This document shows, one piece after another, positions 59,943-64,000 of a stretch of 64,000 nucleotides of DNA. Where the stretch lies: positions 704,001 through 768,000 of the forward strand of contig CBDFJF010000001.1 in NCBI GenBank assembly GCA_965248265.1, in the 5' to 3' direction. Within the stretch, counting starts at the first letter, position 1. Every line of letters begins with the position of its first letter. Position numbers and translations under genes: made by a program. Below the pieces are notes generated by a model. It did no database searches. It saw only the letters and a list, made by a program, of their open reading frames with translations, and had not been told where the DNA came from. Origin of the DNA: Candidatus Latescibacterota bacterium (GTDB lineage: Bacteria > Latescibacterota > UBA2968 > UBA8231).

Positions 59943-61652
59943 TTACGTTCTTGGAATGAGCGGCAGCGTCAGGTGAGAAGGATATTGATCGCTGTGCAAA
60001 ATGGTCTGTTGGGCAATGCGCATTTCGGTGTCGGTGGCGGAATCGTTGCCAGTGTTGAGGTTGCGGTCGAAGCGCGGGAAGTTGCTGCTGGAGATCTCCA
60101 GGCGGATGCGATGGCCAACCTTGAAGAGGTTGCTCGTCTCCCACAGGGTGATCCTGTATTCGTAAACCCGACCGGGCTCGATGAGGGTGGGCTCTTCGTA
60201 GGAGTTGCGGAAGCGGGCGCGGACGATGCCATCGCAGATTATGATGGCTGCGCCGCGCGGATGCACGTCGATCAGGGCGGCAGTGAAATCGGTGTCCGGT
60301 GCGTCGGAGATGGCGTAGAGCGTCAGCTCGATGGGCCCGGTGACTTCCACGGCTTCTTCCAGGGGCGGCGTTGAATAGACGAGCACGTCATCGCGGCGCT
60401 CCACCGAACGGCGATCGCGGGGCCCGGTGTTTTCGCTGAACATGCTCTGGCCGCCCACAGTGGGCACCGGATCGTCCGGATCGTAAGCATAGGAATCCGG
60501 CGATTCGTCGCCGGGTTGCCCGCAGGTAAGGGTCCCGTCCCCGATGGCGGAGTTGGCGCGGCCCCGGCTGTGCAAGTAGAAGGGGGTATACTGGGTGCGC
60601 GCTAGGGGCCATTCGTTTTCAAAGCGCCAGACGTTTTCTCCCATGACAAAGAGGTGCACAGGTGGCTCGTCGTCGATACCGGTGTTTATGTTGCGCTGAC
60701 GCTGGTCGTACCAGCGCAGGTGTTGGGCGGGAATGTCCATGGCCGCCTGGGGGCCAAAGTCGATGTCGCCGAAGGGCACTGGGCTGCCGATGCCCCTATG
60801 GTCCCAGGGGCCTACCAGCAGGCGGCTGAGGCGACGGCATGCCTCGGTGCGTGCCTGATTTTTCCAACCGGCGAAACATTTGAATTCTTCATGTACTAAG
60901 TTGTCGTACCAGCCGGTGATGAAGTAGGCCGGCGTTTCGACCTGAGCATACTTATCCTTCATGCTGTACGACTTCCAGAAGTCGTCGAAGTGAGTATGGC
61001 GGATCACATCGCGATAGAAGGGCCGGTCGCCGATATGGTCGAGGGCGGTCACCAAGGGCAGCCCTCGATAGACCTCGTCCCAGTCGATGAGGTCGCGCGG
61101 CGCATTTTGATTGGTGCGGTCGCCGAGCCAGATGAAATTCATGGCGTTTTGCAATTGCAGTACGCCGTTGTAGCGCATGTGGCCGTAATTGTCTTCCTGG
61201 TTGGCGACGGGCACCAGGGCTAGGACGTAGGGGCTGCGCAGGGGGGCCGGCAGGATCTGAGTAAAGCCGGGATAAGAGACACCAAAGGTGCCGATGGTGC
61301 CATCGCACCAGTCCTGTTGTCCAAGCCATTGCTGTGTATCGTAGCCGTCGTTGGTCTCGTCAACATAGGGGTGCCACTTGCCCGGGGATTCGAAGCGGCC
61401 ACGGCTGTCTTGCATGACGACGGCGTAGCCGTGTTGGGCGAAGCGGATGGACCAGTCGACGTAGCGAGGGTGTTGGGTGCTGTAGGGGGAACGGATGAGC
61501 AGCACGGGGAAGCGGTCGCCTTCGGTGGGGCGGTAGAGGGCGGCGTAGAGCTGGATGCCGTCGCGCATAGGGATGTGGAGATCGAGTTGGATTTGGACGT
61601 CGTGTTGGGGCATGAGGGGCTGGGTTCCTTGGGGGGTGCTCTCGTTCGTCAT
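59943..61652 (-). CDS. CocE/NonD family hydrolase
   Basis: MRDG, GVSY, GPWDH, SSNFPRFDRN. Confidence 0.92.
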   Translation of the reverse strand: MTNESTPQGTQPLMPQHDVQIQLDLHIPMRDGIQLYAALYRPTEGDRFPVLLIRSPYSTQHPRYVDWSIRFAQHGYAVVMQDSRGRFESPGKWHPYVDETNDGYDTQQWLGQQDWCDGTIGTFGVSYPGFTQILPAPLRSPYVLALVPVANQEDNYGHMRYNGVLQLQNAMNFIWLGDRTNQNAPRDLIDWDEVYRGLPLVTALDHIGDRPFYRDVIRHTHFDDFWKSYSMKDKYAQVETPAYFITGWYDNLVHEEFKCFAGWKNQARTEACRRLSRLLVGPWDHRGIGSPVPFGDIDFGPQAAMDIPAQHLRWYDQRQRNINTGIDDEPPVHLFVMGENVWRFENEWPLARTQYTPFYLHSRGRANSAIGDGTLTCGQPGDESPDSYAYDPDDPVPTVGGQSMFSENTGPRDRRSVERRDDVLVYSTPPLEEAVEVTGPIELTLYAISDAPDTDFTAALIDVHPRGAAIIICDGIVRARFRNSYEEPTLIEPGRVYEYRITLWETSNLFKVGHRIRLEISSSNFPRFDRNLNTGNDSATDTEMRIAQQTILHSDQYPSHLTLPLIPRT

Positions 61653-61698
61653 GGCATTCCCTCAATGCCTCGGGGGAGAAATTCACGCGCGACAGTCC

Positions 61699-62874
61699 CT
61701 ACTCAATAGAGATCTCCACCTTCTGGTAGTTGAAACAGTAGTAAGGGCGCCTTGCGGGGCTCGTTCCGGGGATGGACTGATAGTCGGTGAAGGCGAGCCA
61801 GAACGACCTGCCATCCGCACCGATCCATTTCGGGATTATCTGAGGTTGGTAGGCGCGCGCCGCCGAATCCCCTTCCGGCATCCAGGCGGTATCCTCATAC
61901 ACCTGATCCCACGGACCCCATGGATGCGGCGCGACCCAAAAACCCAGGTAACTGGGTTTTCCGAACCACATCCCGGCGTCGGTACACCCCATACCCCAAT
62001 TGGCCATCATGTAAACCCCCAGAGGTGCGTTGTAGACTACACTGGGATGCCATGCGTAAGGATGGATCTTCTCGTTCACCCAACCGGAGGGAAAGGTGTG
62101 AACGACTCCTCTGGCGTGAATATTTGCGCTCCATTCGGCTCCTCCGTCCCTATTTCGCGAGACGAAGTACTCGTATGCAGATCGCGAGAGGATTTTCTCC
62201 GTCGGAACCCGAAACATCACCAACTGATTCATGGTTTCTCTGCCGTTGCCATTGGGCGCATAGGCGTAGACGTAGCCATCCTGGTTATGCTCGTAGTTCC
62301 GACCCATCTGCAGCAGGGTCAGCAACGAAAACGCCTCCTCCGGCTCGTGGTAGAAGGCCATATTGTCGCGACTCCGTTCCTCCCAACCTTCCCACTTGAG
62401 TGGGGAAGAGTCCTGGTTTCTCCAGCTCGCGCCATAGTCGGGGGAATAGATGAGCTTGGCACCGACGAAACGGAGAAGGGTCACAAGGTCCGGGTCGCTG
62501 AACGGATGGCTCGGCGTGCTGAGGAAGTGATAGATGCATCGATCGAGAGCGAAGATTCCAAAACCGTAGAACGTCGCCACCGAGTTGCAGTCAGAATCGA
62601 CAATGATGAATCGCTTCTGATCCGGGAGCATCTGCCTGTTCAGATCGGGATACCCGGGCAAGTATTCGTAGTCGTGATTCGGCGCGTTGCCGAGGATGGC
62701 AAATACTCTCGTGTTGAAGAGTCTCTCGTCATCGCCGATTATGTGCGGCCAGCCGGTGCCATCGCACAAGGCCGTGTACTGCTTGTCGTTGTCGGCCCAC
62801 GTCGTATGCCAATTGTCACCGTGGCCGGATCGGTAGGTGGGTCCCTGAACCCTCACACCTGTGATGCGCGTCAA
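61699..62874 (-). CDS. DUF4185-like beta-propeller protein
   Basis: GDNWHTTWAD, YSPDYGASW, APHPWGPW, IPKWI. Confidence 0.65.
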   Translation of the reverse strand: MTRITGVRVQGPTYRSGHGDNWHTTWADNDKQYTALCDGTGWPHIIGDDERLFNTRVFAILGNAPNHDYEYLPGYPDLNRQMLPDQKRFIIVDSDCNSVATFYGFGIFALDRCIYHFLSTPSHPFSDPDLVTLLRFVGAKLIYSPDYGASWRNQDSSPLKWEGWEERSRDNMAFYHEPEEAFSLLTLLQMGRNYEHNQDGYVYAYAPNGNGRETMNQLVMFRVPTEKILSRSAYEYFVSRNRDGGAEWSANIHARGVVHTFPSGWVNEKIHPYAWHPSVVYNAPLGVYMMANWGMGCTDAGMWFGKPSYLGFWVAPHPWGPWDQVYEDTAWMPEGDSAARAYQPQIIPKWIGADGRSFWLAFTDYQSIPGTSPARRPYYCFNYQKVEISIE

Positions 62875-63007
62875 ATGGCTGTTCCTCCGTCGTCGATAAT
62901 CATCGGCATCCGGTTGACCTTATGCCAGCGGCACCACTTGAGGCCTCAACGACGGTGTGGCCCATGATGCAGTCCGATCTCAACTCGTCGATAGCGGGGC
63001 AACGACA

Positions 63008-63248
63008 ATGAAAGCGACAATCGGTGTGGTCATTCACGAGACACTCCTGCACTCCGTATTCAGCGCCAAAGACCGTGCCCGTCTCGAAGCGCTCGGTAAG
63101 GTGCGGTGGACGTCTTCTGAAGAACCACTCGAAGAGAGCGTGGCGATCGAATTGCTGCAGGGCTGCAGCGTCGGCGTCGGCTCGTGGCACACGCCCTTTC
63201 CCAGTGCCCCGCTGGTGCAGGAATGTCCGGACCTGCGGCTCTGGGAGC
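63008..63248 (+). pseudogene. 2-hydroxyacid dehydrogenase-like N-terminal fragment cut by an oriIS-like end
   Basis: RLEALGKV...GSWHTP..CPDLRLWE, followed by GGATAGGCAAAATAC. Confidence 0.55.
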
Positions 63249-63423
63249 AAAGGATAGGCAAAATACAGCTTCTGAAGAAGCGGCAATCGACGGTGCTGGA
63301 GGCAATGACGCAAAGGCGGCTGCGGCCAGCGCCACGGCCAGGAACTGACAGGGATTGTGCCTTCGTACTGACATTGAGGTGCACCTATGCCTTTCGTTGT
63401 CTCAATCCGAGGCGCGTGATTCG

Positions 63424-63717
63424 CTAACCGTATTGCTGTCGCAGAACCCCCGCCCACACAAGGTGGACCATCGACAGCGCCAGGGCTGCAGTACCAAGAG
63501 CGGTGGGTTTTTGCGTCAGGATTCTGATCGCTGAGACGTACCGGCCATCCGTGTCGATGCCAGCTTGCGCGGCCAGACGAACAACATCTCCCAACACGAG
63601 TAAAATGAGTAATCCGGAAACCGCGGCCGATGTCGCCATTTGCAGGTACCTGTAAAGTTGCTGCACCTCACCGAGAGTCAACCCCCACAACAATGGCGGA
63701 ACGGCTATGGCAGCCAT
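63424..63717 (-). CDS. Small membrane protein or fragment
   Basis: Hydrophobic 97-aa ORF. Confidence 0.4.
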   Translation of the reverse strand: MAAIAVPPLLWGLTLGEVQQLYRYLQMATSAAVSGLLILLVLGDVVRLAAQAGIDTDGRYVSAIRILTQKPTALGTAALALSMVHLVWAGVLRQQYG

Positions 63718-64000
63718 CGTGCCGTTGTTTATCCAGCCTGCGACCAGCTGCGGTCGCCAAGTTGCCGGACACGCGCCGCGACCTCAACCAGTTGCTCCAA
63801 CGGTTGTCAGCAGACTCTTCACCCTTGAAATTCGCGGCTTGACAATACGTCATCGTACTTATGAAACGCTGTACTTAGTGCTCCAGCGAGAAGCCGGTCA
63901 CCGAGTCAAACATCGGTCACTCTCGCTGGCTGACCCCCAGATAATGAGCGATTGCCGGTCTGCCAACACGCATAGCGCCGCCCAAGTGATGGTCGGCGAT

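Noticed and set aside
61555-62967. Long antisense ORFs (also 7895-8629, 25391-26476, 37808-38989, 57464-58381)
   Set aside because: Shadow frames opposite well-supported genes in GC-rich DNA.

Overview
A GC-rich bacterial accessory region, probably from an FCB-group organism such as Latescibacterota (inferred only from an FlgD-Ig C-terminal domain and the protein family mix). It has no rRNA, intact tRNA or CRISPR array. It is a patchwork of unrelated 1-4 gene modules (GNATs, kinases, glycoside hydrolase-like proteins, sialidase, CocE hydrolases, hydantoinase operon, YtrA/ABC operon, MFS, orphan fliG, pyrE, uppS and map paralogs), many truncated genes, an intact group II intron, a BrnT/BrnA-type TA pair, recombinase remnants and IS91-like ends. 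The main finding, found by eye, is a 29-bp imperfect palindrome with 11-7-11 architecture (consensus YGNCCRTCRGA-N7-TSYGATGNNCR). It occurs at 20 clear intergenic positions plus several degenerate ones, and spacer asymmetry indicates a shared polarity. The sites sit at module boundaries, including between convergent genes, and reuse a small set of 7-bp spacers. This looks like a tyrosine-recombinase gene-cassette array distinct from integron attC and Xer/pdif sites. That role is inferred, not demonstrated.
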